The notes below the pieces were generated by a model. It was not told the origin of the DNA. It was given only the letters and a program-made list of their open reading frames with translations, and did no database searches. 64,000 bases of DNA from Bacillota bacterium (GTDB lineage Bacteria > Bacillota > Clostridia > Clostridiales > Caloramatoraceae), in contig JAEZLD010000048.1 of NCBI GenBank assembly GCA_023415335.1, positions 1 to 64,000 of the forward strand, read 5' to 3'. Each line of letters opens with the position of its first letter. Position 1 is the first letter of the stretch. Of this stretch, positions 9,708 through 20,890 are shown piece after piece. The translations under genes and the position numbers were made by a program.

Positions 9708-10898
9708 TTAAACTAGAAGCTGTAATATTGATTTCCCCAGGGTTCCTTCTGGCATTTGAACGCCAAAGTTATCTGCTATGGTGGCCCCCACAACGGCGAA
9801 CGTATCTGCTTCAGGAAGCAGTCCGTTTCCCTTCATGTTTTTCCCATAAGCAATAAATGGTACCTTTTCCCTGGTATGATCTGTACCCGTGTAGGTTGGG
9901 TCATTCCCATGGTCTGCAGTTATAATAAGAAGATCTTCCTCTCCCATGGTGTTCATGAGGTCTCCAAGCTTCAAATCAAATTTTTCAATTTCCTCTGCAT
10001 ATCCTTGTGGATTTCTGCGATGTCCCCATAAGGCATCAAAATCCACCAGATTTACAAAGCATAGGCCGTGAAAAGCTTTTTTTGCTGTATCAATTGTCTG
10101 CTCCATTCCATGGATAGAGCTCTTTGATTTATAGCTTTCCGTGATTCCCTCTCCCACAAAAATATCATTAATCTTTCCAATTGAAATCACATCATATCCT
10201 GCATCTTTAAGAGCGTTCAGTGCAGTCCTTCCATATGGTTTCAGTGCATAATCATGCCGGTTACTGGTACGCTTAAATTCACCCTTCTTCTTTCCCACAT
10301 ATGGTCTCGCAATTACGCGTCCTACCTTCCATTCATCCTTCATGGTGATCTCCCTGGCAATTTCGCAGCACCGATAAAGTTCGTCCAGTCCAAAGGTATC
10401 TTCATTTCCACATATCTGTAATACAGAATCAGCAGATGTATAAACTATCATATGCCCGGTAGCAATTTCTTCTTCTGCTAGTTCCTCCAGTATCTCAGTT
10501 CCACTGGCACTTTTATTACCAATAACCTTGTGCCCGGTGCGTTTCTCCAGTTCACTGATAAGCTCTGGCGGGAAGCCTGTATCTGTAAAGCTTTTAAATG
10601 GTTTTGTAACGTGAAGCCCCATCATTTCCCAGTGGCCGGTCATTGTGTCCTTCCCATTGCTGGCCTCTTTCATGGCTCCATAATAACCAATGGGTGCAGC
10701 TTCGGCTTCAACATGTTTAAGTGGAATAATATTGGCTATGCCCAGCTTTTTCAGATTTGGTATTTTAAAGGAATCTACCGCCTCTGAAATGTGCCCCAGT
10801 GTGTTCACTCCTATGTCACCGAATTCTTCGGAATCCGGCATTGCTCCCACACCCAAAGAATCCATAACTATAACAAATATACGATGATATTTTTCCAT
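9708..10898 (-). CDS. deoB: Phosphopentomutase
   Basis: It has a full-length DeoB signature: metal-binding '[11 protein letters not shown]', '...TADHGNDPT...'. Confidence 0.9.
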   Translation of the reverse strand: MEKYHRIFVIVMDSLGVGAMPDSEEFGDIGVNTLGHISEAVDSFKIPNLKKLGIANIIPLKHVEAEAAPIGYYGAMKEASNGKDTMTGHWEMMGLHVTKPFKSFTDTGFPPELISELEKRTGHKVIGNKSASGTEILEELAEEEIATGHMIVYTSADSVLQICGNEDTFGLDELYRCCEIAREITMKDEWKVGRVIARPYVGKKKGEFKRTSNRHDYALKPYGRTALNALKDAGYDVISIGKINDIFVGEGITESYKSKSSIHGMEQTIDTAKKAFHGLCFVNLVDFDALWGHRRNPQGYAEEIEKFDLKLGDLMNTMGEEDLLIITADHGNDPTYTGTDHTREKVPFIAYGKNMKGNGLLPEADTFAVVGATIADNFGVQMPEGTLGKSILQLLV

Positions 10899-10943
10899 AT
10901 CGTTTTCTCCTTTCTCATTATATTCTGATTCTATGTTTTGCTT

Positions 10944-11609
10944 TTAATACCCAGCTGCACTTATTCCCTTTACCAGCTTAATTATGCGACTTGTACCAAG
11001 GCGATTGGCCCCCAATTCAAGAAATCTCACAGCATCATCCATAGTAGATATACCACCTGCTGCTTTGATTTTAACATCAGGTCCAATATACCTTTTAAAC
11101 AGCTCTATATCTTCAAAGGTTGCTCCTGCTTTAGAAAATCCGGTGGAGGTCTTGATATAATCTGCACCTGACATAGTCACTGCCTTGCACAAAGCAATTT
11201 TCTCATCATCTGTCAGCAGACATGTTTCAATAATAACCTTGAGCACCTTGCTGCCGCAGGCAGCCTTAAGCGTGCAGATTTCGTTCTCTATCAGGTCAAA
11301 TCGTCCCTGTTTAGCCCACCCAATATTGATAACCATATCAATTTCATCTGCCCCGTTCTCCAATGCATCCTTAGCTTCAAACTCCTTTACAGCAGTTGTG
11401 CTGTATCCGTTAGGAAAGCCGATAACTGTGCAAACGGCTATTTTATCCTTAACATATTCCTTTGCCTGCTTAACATAGCTTGGTGGAATACATACAGATG
11501 CAGTCCCGTATTCAACAGCATCATCACAAATTTTCTGAATTTCCTCCCAGGTAGCAGTCTGTGTTAAAAGTGTATGGTCTACATGCTTTAAAATATCTTT
11601 TGTCTCCAT
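10944..11609 (-). CDS. deoC: Deoxyribose-phosphate aldolase
   Basis: It has a DeoC TIM-barrel with 'DMVINIGW' and the Schiff-base Lys region 'LKVIIET'. Confidence 0.9.
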   Translation of the reverse strand: METKDILKHVDHTLLTQTATWEEIQKICDDAVEYGTASVCIPPSYVKQAKEYVKDKIAVCTVIGFPNGYSTTAVKEFEAKDALENGADEIDMVINIGWAKQGRFDLIENEICTLKAACGSKVLKVIIETCLLTDDEKIALCKAVTMSGADYIKTSTGFSKAGATFEDIELFKRYIGPDVKIKAAGGISTMDDAVRFLELGANRLGTSRIIKLVKGISAAGY

Positions 11610-11667
11610 TTTTCTATCTCCTTATAAGTTTTATTATTTTATATTATTACTAAGGCTTCCAATAAAT

Positions 11668-12471
11668 TTATAATATATCCTCTTTGCTTAAAATACTATG
11701 TGCATCAAGAATTCTTGTTGGAGAATATCCTGTATATTTTTTAAACACCCTGATAAAATACTTGTAATCAGAAAAACCAACCATATCCGCAACCTCGTAA
11801 ATTTTATATTTTTCCATCTTCATGAATTCTATTGCTTTCTGCATCCTATACCGATTTAAATAATCATTAAATGTATATCCTGTTGATTCCTTAAATTTAT
11901 TATTCAAATAGGTACAGGACATTCCACATTCAGCACTGATGTCGGTAAGAGCAATTCGTTTATTATAATCTTTACATACACATTCCAGCATCTGGTTAAC
12001 ATACCGGTTTCCAGTTGCAGTTTTCATTGTTTGATCAATGATCCCCATTTTATGCTTTTCAACATTTAGAATTCTTTGCTCGTCCTGCAGCTTGGAAATT
12101 CTTACTCTTTTATCAATGATCTTCCGAATGGCACTATACAGCTCATTATAGTTCACTGGTTTTAACAAGTATTCGGTTATTCCAAGGCTAATACCTTTTC
12201 TTGCATACTCAAACTCATTATATCCAGATACAATAATAGCATTATATTTAAATTCTTCAATGCTTTTTTCCAGCATCTGCAGCCCATCCATCTCCGGCAT
12301 ATTGACATCAGCAATTACAATATCAGGATGGTCATTTCGAATTCGTTCCAATCCCTCTATGCCATTTCTTGCTTCTCCGATAACTACACAGTTTACATTT
12401 GCCCAGTCAGCAGTAAACATCAGTCCTTTTCGAATAATATCCTCATCTTCAACCAATAGCACTCGATACAT
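11668..12471 (-). CDS. Two-component response regulator, receiver + AraC-type HTH (YesN-like)
   Basis: It has an N-terminal receiver with 'VIADVNMP' (phospho-Asp) and C-terminal AraC HTH helices. Confidence 0.85.
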   Translation of the reverse strand: MYRVLLVEDEDIIRKGLMFTADWANVNCVVIGEARNGIEGLERIRNDHPDIVIADVNMPEMDGLQMLEKSIEEFKYNAIIVSGYNEFEYARKGISLGITEYLLKPVNYNELYSAIRKIIDKRVRISKLQDEQRILNVEKHKMGIIDQTMKTATGNRYVNQMLECVCKDYNKRIALTDISAECGMSCTYLNNKFKESTGYTFNDYLNRYRMQKAIEFMKMEKYKIYEVADMVGFSDYKYFIRVFKKYTGYSPTRILDAHSILSKEDIL

Positions 12472-12473
12472 AA

Positions 12474-14180
12474 CTACATCTCCATATCAATAGGCATTGT
12501 AATACATACAGTTGTTCCTTTTCCTAGCATACTATCTATTCTCAAGCCATATTCCTGTCCATAAATCAACCTGACAACACGGTGGGAATTATACATTCCT
12601 ATATGCTCCCGCTGCTCATCTTCTTGTTCTAAGCTTTCCTGCAGCTCCCTCAACCTGGCAGTTTCAATTCCACCTCCATTGTCACGAACAATTAATTCTA
12701 AATTTCCCTCTTTTTCTCTGGCTTCGATCCATACTGTGATGGAGTCTACATTTTTCAGGCCATGTCCAAGAGAGTTTTCTACTACAGGCTGTAGTACCAG
12801 CTTAGGTATTTTAATGTCCATCAGCTCTGATGGAATTGAAATATGATATTTCAAACGGTTATTATACCTAATCTTCTGAAGAAGTAAATAGTCGCTAATA
12901 TACTGAATGTCCGTTTCCAATGGCACTAATTCATTTCCATAATTAATACTATATCTCATTAAGCTGGCAAATGCTACTACCATTTCTGATGCCTGCTTTG
13001 CATCAATTTGGATTTCATAGCGCAGTGTTTCAAGCACATTATATATGAAATGGGGGTTAAACTGTTCTTCCAGCTGTTTAATTTCCATGATTCTTTTTCT
13101 CTCAACCAATTCACTGTTAGCCTTAAGTAATTCCTCTCTTTGCATAATGACATTTCGATAGGCGGTATGGAGCTCTTTGAATTCACTAAAGGCTGTTTTT
13201 TGGAGCTCATAGTCCATATTCCCGTTACCGATTTCTTCAATAGACTTTCTAAGCTCTTCCACTGCCTTAAGGTTTCGGTCGGTGATTTTCTTATTCAGTG
13301 GAAAAAGTAAAGTAACCATCAGCAGCCCTAGTATTACAAAAAACCACAGCCCTACTTTTATGATGTTGGTTTGGTATTCCGTGGATATTAATGTATATAG
13401 CATCAGTGAACTATTTTCCAGCGATGACACGGACACATGATAGTCCTTTCCGTCAATCGTTGTAATGCCACTTCCCGTAGAAACAATAGCCCTGTTTGTG
13501 GGGTATTTGTCTAAAGGATCCATATATTTACGTCCTAACGAAAAAAAGAGATTGCCGTATCGGTCTGTAATCATAATATCATCTAGCTGATAGTCCTTAA
13601 GGATCTGGTAGATTCCCTCATCATACGCGTCAAAAAAAAGATATCCTATCAATTTACCTTGAGAAGTAACCCCTCTTCCCAGCAGAATATCACCTGCTTG
13701 TCGGCATTGGTAGTATAATCCACTTGGAACAATAAATATTTCAGAGGTATTAGTCTGAATTTTTCTTGTAAGATTCTCAAATATATCACTTCCCAAGAAA
13801 ATAGTCTGGTTACTGTCATACAGATTGGAACAAACCATCCGATTTTCTAAATTCACCAGACAAAATGCACAGCGAATCTTTTGTGAATTTGAATAATCGT
13901 AAAGTATACGGTTTGCTTCGGTAAAATGATTATTTGTATAATCAGACAGTACCATTCTTATTGGCTCTTCCTCTGATATTCTATAAATTCCATCCATGTA
14001 GGAATGCATTTGTTCATTAAGAATTGCTGATATTTTCTTGTTACTACTCCTATTTTTCCCCACACTGAACCACAATATATTACAGACATAAAATAAAGCC
14101 ATAAGAACAAATAAGGCAGAAACTATGGACAGCGTATATCGAAAAAGTGACTTCCGCACGTAGTCTTTATAATGATTCAT
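12474..14180 (-). CDS. Sensor histidine kinase (YesM-like; 2 TM, HAMP, His_kinase, HATPase_c)
   Basis: It has an H-box 'FNPHFIYNVLETL' and an ATPase 'RDNGGGIE'. It sits 2 nt from the RR gene. Confidence 0.85.
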   Translation of the reverse strand: MNHYKDYVRKSLFRYTLSIVSALFVLMALFYVCNILWFSVGKNRSSNKKISAILNEQMHSYMDGIYRISEEEPIRMVLSDYTNNHFTEANRILYDYSNSQKIRCAFCLVNLENRMVCSNLYDSNQTIFLGSDIFENLTRKIQTNTSEIFIVPSGLYYQCRQAGDILLGRGVTSQGKLIGYLFFDAYDEGIYQILKDYQLDDIMITDRYGNLFFSLGRKYMDPLDKYPTNRAIVSTGSGITTIDGKDYHVSVSSLENSSLMLYTLISTEYQTNIIKVGLWFFVILGLLMVTLLFPLNKKITDRNLKAVEELRKSIEEIGNGNMDYELQKTAFSEFKELHTAYRNVIMQREELLKANSELVERKRIMEIKQLEEQFNPHFIYNVLETLRYEIQIDAKQASEMVVAFASLMRYSINYGNELVPLETDIQYISDYLLLQKIRYNNRLKYHISIPSELMDIKIPKLVLQPVVENSLGHGLKNVDSITVWIEAREKEGNLELIVRDNGGGIETARLRELQESLEQEDEQREHIGMYNSHRVVRLIYGQEYGLRIDSMLGKGTTVCITMPIDMEM

Positions 14181-14250
14181 TTTACCATGCCCTCCTTTTT
14201 ACATAAAAGCAGTATACCACAATTTTAGTAGCATACTGCCTTTTTTTCAA

Positions 14251-15930
14251 CTATACACTGATATCATCATTTCCTGTTACCCTAAAGAACAAAAGAAGTG
14301 ATAATACACTGGTACAGGTCAGGATAGTAGAATATGCGGCTGCATTCCCGAAGTTACTTCTGATAACCTCTGCATAAATAGCAACTGTCAAGGTCTGGGT
14401 TTTGCTTGTATAAAGAATAATCGAAGAGCTCAACTCACTGATTAAGGTAATCCAGCTCATGATTGCTCCAGACAGTACACCGGACATCATCATAGGAACA
14501 GTTACTTTAAGGAATGATTTAACCTCAGTGCATCCTAAGCTGATTGCCGCTTCCTCCATGCTTGGACTAATCTGTCCGATGATAGCTGTACTTGAACGGA
14601 TTGTGTAAGGCATTCGTCTTATGCTAAGAGATATTATGATAATGATTACCGTACCGCTAAGCAGTAACGGCTTAGTATTAAATGCATACAAGAAAGAAAT
14701 ACCAAGTACAGAACCCGGGATAATGTACGGGAACATTGTCAATGTATCTAAAACAGATGTCAGCATGTTTTTCTTTCTAACAGTCAGATAGGAAATCAAA
14801 ATTCCAAGGATAATTACAATTACAATTGCACAAAGACCAAACAAATAGGTATTTGATATAGCAACATTATTATTTTTAGATAATAGTGTATTTTTATAAT
14901 TATTTAATGAAAATCCACCTGTGTAAACGGACCCACCCTGTGTTTCAAGGAAAGAGGTAATTATAACCGTTACCTGAGGCAGAATCGCAACTAATGCCAC
15001 CAAATAAACAAATATATGTGCAAAGAATCCCTTTACTCCACTAACCTTCTGTGCCTCCATAGGCTTTAAAGCATTCATGGAATAAGTGAATTTATTACCA
15101 ACATACTTTTGTATGAAAAACATTAACAATGTAATTCCAATAATAATAACACAAAGGGAAGCCGCAAAATGATCATTAGTGCTTACCTCTCCCATAAACT
15201 GGTTGTATACCAACACAGGAAAAGTCTTAAAGCCTTCACCTATCAGCATTGGAGTACCGAAATCCGAAAAGACTCTCATGAATACTAACAAAGAGCTTGC
15301 CAGCATAGTCGGCATTACTAAAGGAATAATAATATGTACAATTCTCTGAACTGCTGTACATCCAAGGCTCTCCGCTGCCTCGTTTAATGAGTTATCAAGA
15401 TTCTTCAATGCACCTGATATATACATATATACTAGCGGGAACGATTGTAATGAGAATACAAGTACTATACCGGCGAACCCATAAATCCCCCCCAATTTAA
15501 TACCAAAAAAATTGTTTAAAAATTTTGTAATAAAACCATTTCGTCCAAGCAGCTGAATCCAAGCATAAGCTCCAATAAACGGAGGAGACAAGTAAGACAT
15601 AACAATTAATATATTCAGATATTTGCTGCCAACAATTTTAAATCGTCTAAGCACATATGCCATAATGAGCCCAAGAAAAGCTGCTACTATAGTTGATACA
15701 ATGGTTACCTTAAAGCTATTAACCAAGGTGCTCCAATAAAACTTCTTAGTAAAGAATTTGGCAAAATATTGAAAGCTTATTGAGCCATCTTCCATTAGAA
15801 TACTTTTATAAAGAATCAATCCCAAAGGATACACCACAAAAATCAAAAACAAACCGAGGATAACAATTGTCATCGCCACCCAGATATTTAGCTTTTTTTC
15901 TCCTGTACGCCGCATAATCGTTACCTCCAA
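14251..15930 (-). CDS. ABC transporter permease, fused double BPD-transmembrane domains (FbpB/ThiP-type)
   Basis: It has 12 predicted TMs and two EAA-like loops. Confidence 0.8.
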   Translation of the reverse strand: MEVTIMRRTGEKKLNIWVAMTIVILGLFLIFVVYPLGLILYKSILMEDGSISFQYFAKFFTKKFYWSTLVNSFKVTIVSTIVAAFLGLIMAYVLRRFKIVGSKYLNILIVMSYLSPPFIGAYAWIQLLGRNGFITKFLNNFFGIKLGGIYGFAGIVLVFSLQSFPLVYMYISGALKNLDNSLNEAAESLGCTAVQRIVHIIIPLVMPTMLASSLLVFMRVFSDFGTPMLIGEGFKTFPVLVYNQFMGEVSTNDHFAASLCVIIIGITLLMFFIQKYVGNKFTYSMNALKPMEAQKVSGVKGFFAHIFVYLVALVAILPQVTVIITSFLETQGGSVYTGGFSLNNYKNTLLSKNNNVAISNTYLFGLCAIVIVIILGILISYLTVRKKNMLTSVLDTLTMFPYIIPGSVLGISFLYAFNTKPLLLSGTVIIIIISLSIRRMPYTIRSSTAIIGQISPSMEEAAISLGCTEVKSFLKVTVPMMMSGVLSGAIMSWITLISELSSSIILYTSKTQTLTVAIYAEVIRSNFGNAAAYSTILTCTSVLSLLLFFRVTGNDDISV

Positions 15931-17012
15931 TTAATCAGGTTTTTAGTTCCCTCACTGTTGTACACATTAATCTTCTGCGTTTCTACTGCAAGCTTGATTG
16001 GAGTTCCATCAGGAATAATATTTTGGACACCAGAGTTCTGAATAATCTCCATCTCTGTTCCATTCTGAATTTCAACGAAATAGTGAGTGGTAATTCCAAG
16101 GAATACACTGCTCTTTACAACAGCTGGAATTCCATCTTCATTCTCGTTCCTGATTATGAATTCTTCCGGTCTAACAGAAATCTTAACCTTCATTCCGTCT
16201 TCGCATTGCTCTGATAAATTGTTCATCTGGAAACAATAATCGTTAACCTTCACAAATTTATTATTTTCTTTTCCTACAATAATTGCATCCATTACGTTAG
16301 AAAGACCAATGAAAGTGGATACAAAAATATTTTCAGGACGCTGATATATATTTTTTGGAGTATCAATCTGCTGAATTACGCCTCCATTCATAACTGCAAT
16401 ACGGTCAGATACAGCAAGTGCCTCTTCCTGGTCATGTGTTACATATACAGTTGTAATTCCAATCTGTTGTTGAATTCTCTTGATTGCATTTCTCATTTCA
16501 ACACGAAGTTTAGCATCCAGGTTTGAAAGAGGCTCGTCCATAAGAAGGACCTCAGGATGAATAATTATCGCTCTGGCAAGAGCTACACGCTGCTGCTGCC
16601 CGCCAGATAGCTTAGCTGGCATACGATTCTTCAGGTTGTCAATCTTAACTATCTTAAGTATCTCGTCTACCTTAGCTTCAACCTGTTCCTTTGGAACCTT
16701 TCTGTTCTTAAGGCCAAATGCCACGTTATCTCTTACGGACATATGAGGAAATACTGCATAGTTCTGAAATACCATACCCATATTACGCTTATTGGTAGGT
16801 ATGTTGTTAATTACCTTGCCATCAACCTTTATTTCCCCGCCTTCAATGGAGTTGAATCCGATAATCATACGAAGGAGCGTTGTTTTTCCACAGCCCGATG
16901 GTCCTAACAATGTAAAAAATTCTCCAGGCTTAACATCAACAGATAGTCCATTGATAATAGTATCTTTTCCAAATTTCTTTACAACTTTTTCAATATTTAT
17001 TGCTACACCCAT
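15921..17012 (-). CDS. ABC transporter ATP-binding protein (PotA/FbpC-type with a C-terminal TOBE domain)
   Basis: It has Walker A 'GPSGCGKTT', signature 'LSGGQQQRVALARA' and Walker B 'LLMDEP'. Confidence 0.9.
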   Translation of the reverse strand: MGVAINIEKVVKKFGKDTIINGLSVDVKPGEFFTLLGPSGCGKTTLLRMIIGFNSIEGGEIKVDGKVINNIPTNKRNMGMVFQNYAVFPHMSVRDNVAFGLKNRKVPKEQVEAKVDEILKIVKIDNLKNRMPAKLSGGQQQRVALARAIIIHPEVLLMDEPLSNLDAKLRVEMRNAIKRIQQQIGITTVYVTHDQEEALAVSDRIAVMNGGVIQQIDTPKNIYQRPENIFVSTFIGLSNVMDAIIVGKENNKFVKVNDYCFQMNNLSEQCEDGMKVKISVRPEEFIIRNENEDGIPAVVKSSVFLGITTHYFVEIQNGTEMEIIQNSGVQNIIPDGTPIKLAVETQKINVYNSEGTKNLINWR

Positions 17013-17120
17013 TGTGCGCCTCCTACTAATTCTAAAATAGAAAGGTAAAAAAAGACCATCTGTACATCAACTAATCAACTGCTCAATTAATATATTGATG
17101 GACAGATGGCCTTTAATTAA

Positions 17121-18188
17121 TTAATCCATAGAAGATTCCATATGCTTAGTATATAGATCAGTAATTGCCGTCTTGTTATCAGAAACCCATCCTTCATCAT
17201 AGTTATCGAATAACTTTATCTCGCTCTGAGGAGTCATATAATCTGCCAGCTTTACGCCTGCACGAAGTGGACGTACAGTCAGATTTGACCCAACGGCACT
17301 CTGAATCTTCTCAGACAGCATATAGTCAACAAATTTCTTTGCATTTTCGGGGTGCTTGCAGCCAGCTAATATCTGAACAGACTCTCCAGGGAAAATTGCT
17401 CCTTCTTTAGGGAATACTACCTTTACATGGGCGCCTTGCTTAACATAGTTAGCTGCTGGATCTTCCCAAGTAAGCCCTACAGCATACTCTCCTTCTGCAA
17501 CGCCTTTATAAACCTGGCTTGAACTGTTGCACATTTTACCATCAAGGTTCTTTATAAATTTATCAACAAAGCTCCATGCCTCATCAGATAGAGGATCATT
17601 TCCAGTTCCCATTCCATAAAGCATAGCTATCAGAGACTGAAAAGCAGAGCTAGAGTTTACAGGATCGCCAAATGCTATTTTACCTTTTAATTCAGGATTG
17701 AGAAGATCTTCAAATCCTTCAAGCTTTATATCACCAATCAAATCTGTATTTACAATCAAAACAGTTGGGTCAGCAAATGCAGGAGTAAAATATCCAGTAG
17801 TATTACGGAAAGCTTCCATCATGTTTGTATCTTCCTTAGATACATACTGGGCAAAAAGGTCTTTTGATGACTCCAGCATAGTACGGTCAGCAACCCAGAA
17901 GATATCACCTAATGGATTTGCCTTCTCGGATTCTGCTCTTTTTAGCAGTTCTCCAGTACCAGCAGTAACAACTTCCACCTTAATTCCAGTATCCTTCTCA
18001 AACTCTGGAATAACTGCATTGTTTAACGATTCGCTACGAGAGGTGTAAACAACAAGAACTTGCTCTTCTTTTGAATCGGCTTTGTCATTTGTAGTAGTTT
18101 TCTTACTTCCACAAGCGGCCATACTTATTACCATAGCTACAGCTAGTGATGCTGCGATTAATTTTTTCAATCCTTTCACTTTACCCAT
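17121..18188 (-). CDS. ABC transporter substrate-binding lipoprotein (family-1 SBP, iron(III)/polyamine/thiamine type)
   Basis: It has a lipobox 'MAACGS' and is SBP_bac_1-like. Confidence 0.8.
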   Translation of the reverse strand: MGKVKGLKKLIAASLAVAMVISMAACGSKKTTTNDKADSKEEQVLVVYTSRSESLNNAVIPEFEKDTGIKVEVVTAGTGELLKRAESEKANPLGDIFWVADRTMLESSKDLFAQYVSKEDTNMMEAFRNTTGYFTPAFADPTVLIVNTDLIGDIKLEGFEDLLNPELKGKIAFGDPVNSSSAFQSLIAMLYGMGTGNDPLSDEAWSFVDKFIKNLDGKMCNSSSQVYKGVAEGEYAVGLTWEDPAANYVKQGAHVKVVFPKEGAIFPGESVQILAGCKHPENAKKFVDYMLSEKIQSAVGSNLTVRPLRAGVKLADYMTPQSEIKLFDNYDEGWVSDNKTAITDLYTKHMESSMD

Positions 18189-18404
18189 CCTCCGAAATCA
18201 TTTTAGATAAATTGTTGCAACCATTATCTTTGAGAAAATTCTAACATTTATTTTTTTTTATGTATATCCGAAAAAAAATAAAAAAGGTGGAAAATACAAA
18301 AATTTTGTCTTTTTCTGTTGTATCTGTTCACTAGCGTGTAGTATCTTCTCATTATAGATGCAGGCAGGGTTATCATGGATGTGTCCGGAGGCGAGAAATG
18401 CTAA

Positions 18405-18434
18405 CAGCCTTCTATGAAAAAACATAGAAGGCTG
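18405..18434. terminator. Hairpin terminator, copy 2 of the duplicated 35-nt element
   Basis: It carries the same cagccttctatgaaaaaacatagaaggctg + TTTTAT as the copy at 9656-9686 (35/36 nt identical). Confidence 0.55.
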
Positions 18435-18580
18435 TTTTATAATTATTAAAGGTTCACCTAATCAGTATATTAAATTTGCCTACTAAATCAGAAGCCTCCG
18501 CTGATGCTCCTTCAAAAGACATCAGGTCAAGCTACTTGTTAATGAGTCAGGAGAAACATTACAGTAAAGAACAGGTCACC

Positions 18581-19608
18581 TTATTCCAAGCTGCAAACCG
18601 CTTCCCGAAGCATTCCCGCATATTCCGCCTTCACATGCTGGGGACCTTTAATCTTTACCTTTCCACCAAAACCAAACACCCAACTATAAAAGATGTGACT
18701 TACTGCAATATCTACAACGGCTCTAAATGAGTTCATGTCGTTTGCGTATGTAGTAACATCCTCGCCAAGCCGGTCAATAATGGAATCCATAACACTGTTG
18801 TCGCATATCAATTCAACTTCTTCATGCTCGCTGTTAAACATTAGGAATGTTATATAATGTATTCCTCAATATCAAATCCCTCTGGGGCAGGAGTTCCGTC
18901 TTCTTTCAAGATAACCGGACACTTAGCAATTAGGTCTACTCTAAAGCACCCAAGACGCTGTTTATTTTCGTAAACACCAATCATATAATAACAAGCACCA
19001 TTCCACACAAGATGAAGGGGCGTAATTGTGTACGGCTCACCATTGTGTTTCAATTTTTTCTCTTTTCATACATTGTATTGAAAATACTGTAAGGAGATTT
19101 TCTTGTTCGCGTTGATTGCATCGTTAATGGCATCAACAATAATGTAGATTCTTTCATTTCCAACCTTAATGCGGCCTTCACAGCTTACATTCCTTTTAAG
19201 ACTAGCAGCAGCATAAGATCCAGCCATAGAACTAAGTTTCTCAGCCAGTTCTTTGCTTTTGCTTGAATTTATGAATTTTGACGATTCAACAGCGTCAATC
19301 AATAATTTTAACTCTGGAATATCAAATTTTCGTCCAAATAGATTGTATCTATTCTGCGTAGATTTAACCTCTTCGATTTCAAACCCCAACTGCCTGAGCA
19401 GTTCAATCTCAGCTTTGATTGTTTGACGATGTGATCTGATTCCATATTTCTCCCCTAAAATTCGAATCAGCTGAGCAGTTGTAAGAAAATGCTCTTCGTC
19501 TATTTGCTCACATAAAATTTTTGCCAAGTACAACGGCCTTAATTTTGCGTTGTTATCCATTTGCCCACCTTCAATACAGATAAACATTTTACAGGTTGTA
19601 TCTGACAC
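18581..19608 (-). pseudogene. HTH-WYL-WCX transcriptional regulator (BrxR/CapW/PafBC-like), disrupted by an in-frame TGA and a frameshift
   Basis: It is split into three ORFs. The first is the HTH part 19608-19066. The second is the WYL part 19053-18850, with 'ITPLHLVWNGACYYMIGVYENKQRLGCFRVDLI'. The third is the WCX-like C-terminus 18841-18581, with 'FGFGGKVKIKGPQHVKAEY'. ORF1 and ORF2 are in the same frame across a TGA. ORF2 and ORF3 are in different frames. Confidence 0.65.
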
Positions 19609-19828
19609 ACGGGGAGTATCTTATGTTTGTAAAACCAGCGGCTTCAAACTCTCAAACTATATCTAAATAGTTTTCTCCAGTAAGTCCCCAAGAGGATGCT
19701 GGAATTTAAGCCTCTCCAGTATGATTGTTCGTGTTTCCGCAGCCAACTAAAGAAAATAGCAAAGCCAATGCCAAACACAAAGATATAACCCTTCTCACTT
19801 TGCCCACCTCATAGAATCAACGCAGATA

Positions 19829-20890
19829 TTATGCGTTGATTAATTCAGAGAAATCTCTGCAATTTTGAACATTTGAGACCTGAATTTCCACATTCAATCC
19901 CCCAGAGGATCGCAAAAACACCTGCCCATATAAGCATATTGGAAGCTGTCTGTTGTTGCTGTAACGGCGATCTGGCGTTCCGTTCTTATTAACAAACTGC
20001 CATGTATGTCCTACAACTTGAGCATCCTTCGGAACTCCTTCACTTTCAACAAATCTAACTTCAGAAGTTTGGACTCTAAAATCACTATAATCAATCATTC
20101 CCACTTTGCTTCCGCGTACAATGAAGACTTTATCAGGAAGAATAATCAACATTTCCTTCTTCAGTTTGATCTGTACAGTATCAATATTTGTATTGATGTA
20201 GAAGGGACGCCCTTTTTCGATTTGGCAAGGAATACGATTTAGGCTTCTCCCTGCACCAGCATGTAATTTCGTGTTCGAATTAAACTGCTCAGAAGTAATC
20301 TGCCACTCTTTTTTTCCTTCAGCCAGTAATTGCCATGCGCCAATTCTTCTGTCATGCTCATCTTTTGCTTCTGCATCAAAGGAATATTCCAATTCAACAC
20401 GGCCCGACTTGTGAGCCATGACCTTTAGAACAATACCAAGAACCAAAAGCAAGAAAAACACCGGCTGCGCAAATCCTAATAGAGAAAGCCAGATCAGCGC
20501 CGTACTCCATTTATTGAGTTTAATTGTTTTTTCTATAGTTTGAGAAATATTACCAGTCTCTGCAGCCTTAAATTGCTCAATACTTGCGCTTTCGATCGGA
20601 ATTTCTGCCTCATAATTGCTTGAAGGGTTGTAGTTTCCGGGATTGTAATTATTTCCTGAAGAGTTACCGTATCCTTGTGATCCGCCTCTTCTCCTTGAAT
20701 TTCGCTTTCCGGATTCATCAACATAAGATATTCCTGTTCCCGGAATAGAATATGTTCTTCTTGTTTTTCCGCTTGCTGTTTTTGTAATACGGTATCCTTT
20801 GGTACCCCAACTATATCCAATACCTGATTTGCTGAGATTGATCCTAAATCCCCCTCCAAGATTTATACTTTTTCTATATCTAAAGCCCAT
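19829..20890 (-). CDS. DUF4236-type N-terminal domain + single TM + C-terminal domain of unknown function
   Basis: The N-terminus 'MGFRYRKSINLGGGFRINLSKSGIGYSWGTKGYRI' matches the DUF4236 pattern. It is followed by a Gly/Asn/Tyr-rich linker and a hydrophobic helix 'LIWLSLLGFAQPVFFLLLVLGIVL'. Confidence 0.6.
   Translation of the reverse strand: MGFRYRKSINLGGGFRINLSKSGIGYSWGTKGYRITKTASGKTRRTYSIPGTGISYVDESGKRNSRRRGGSQGYGNSSGNNYNPGNYNPSSNYEAEIPIESASIEQFKAAETGNISQTIEKTIKLNKWSTALIWLSLLGFAQPVFFLLLVLGIVLKVMAHKSGRVELEYSFDAEAKDEHDRRIGAWQLLAEGKKEWQITSEQFNSNTKLHAGAGRSLNRIPCQIEKGRPFYINTNIDTVQIKLKKEMLIILPDKVFIVRGSKVGMIDYSDFRVQTSEVRFVESEGVPKDAQVVGHTWQFVNKNGTPDRRYSNNRQLPICLYGQVFLRSSGGLNVEIQVSNVQNCRDFSELINA

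Noticed and set aside
19808-19842. 9-bp-stem hairpin ATCAACGCA...TGCGTTGAT overlapping the stop codon of the DUF4236 gene, as a terminator
   Set aside because: No T-run follows on the coding (minus) strand, so it is not a canonical intrinsic terminator. It may still be a processing or stability element.
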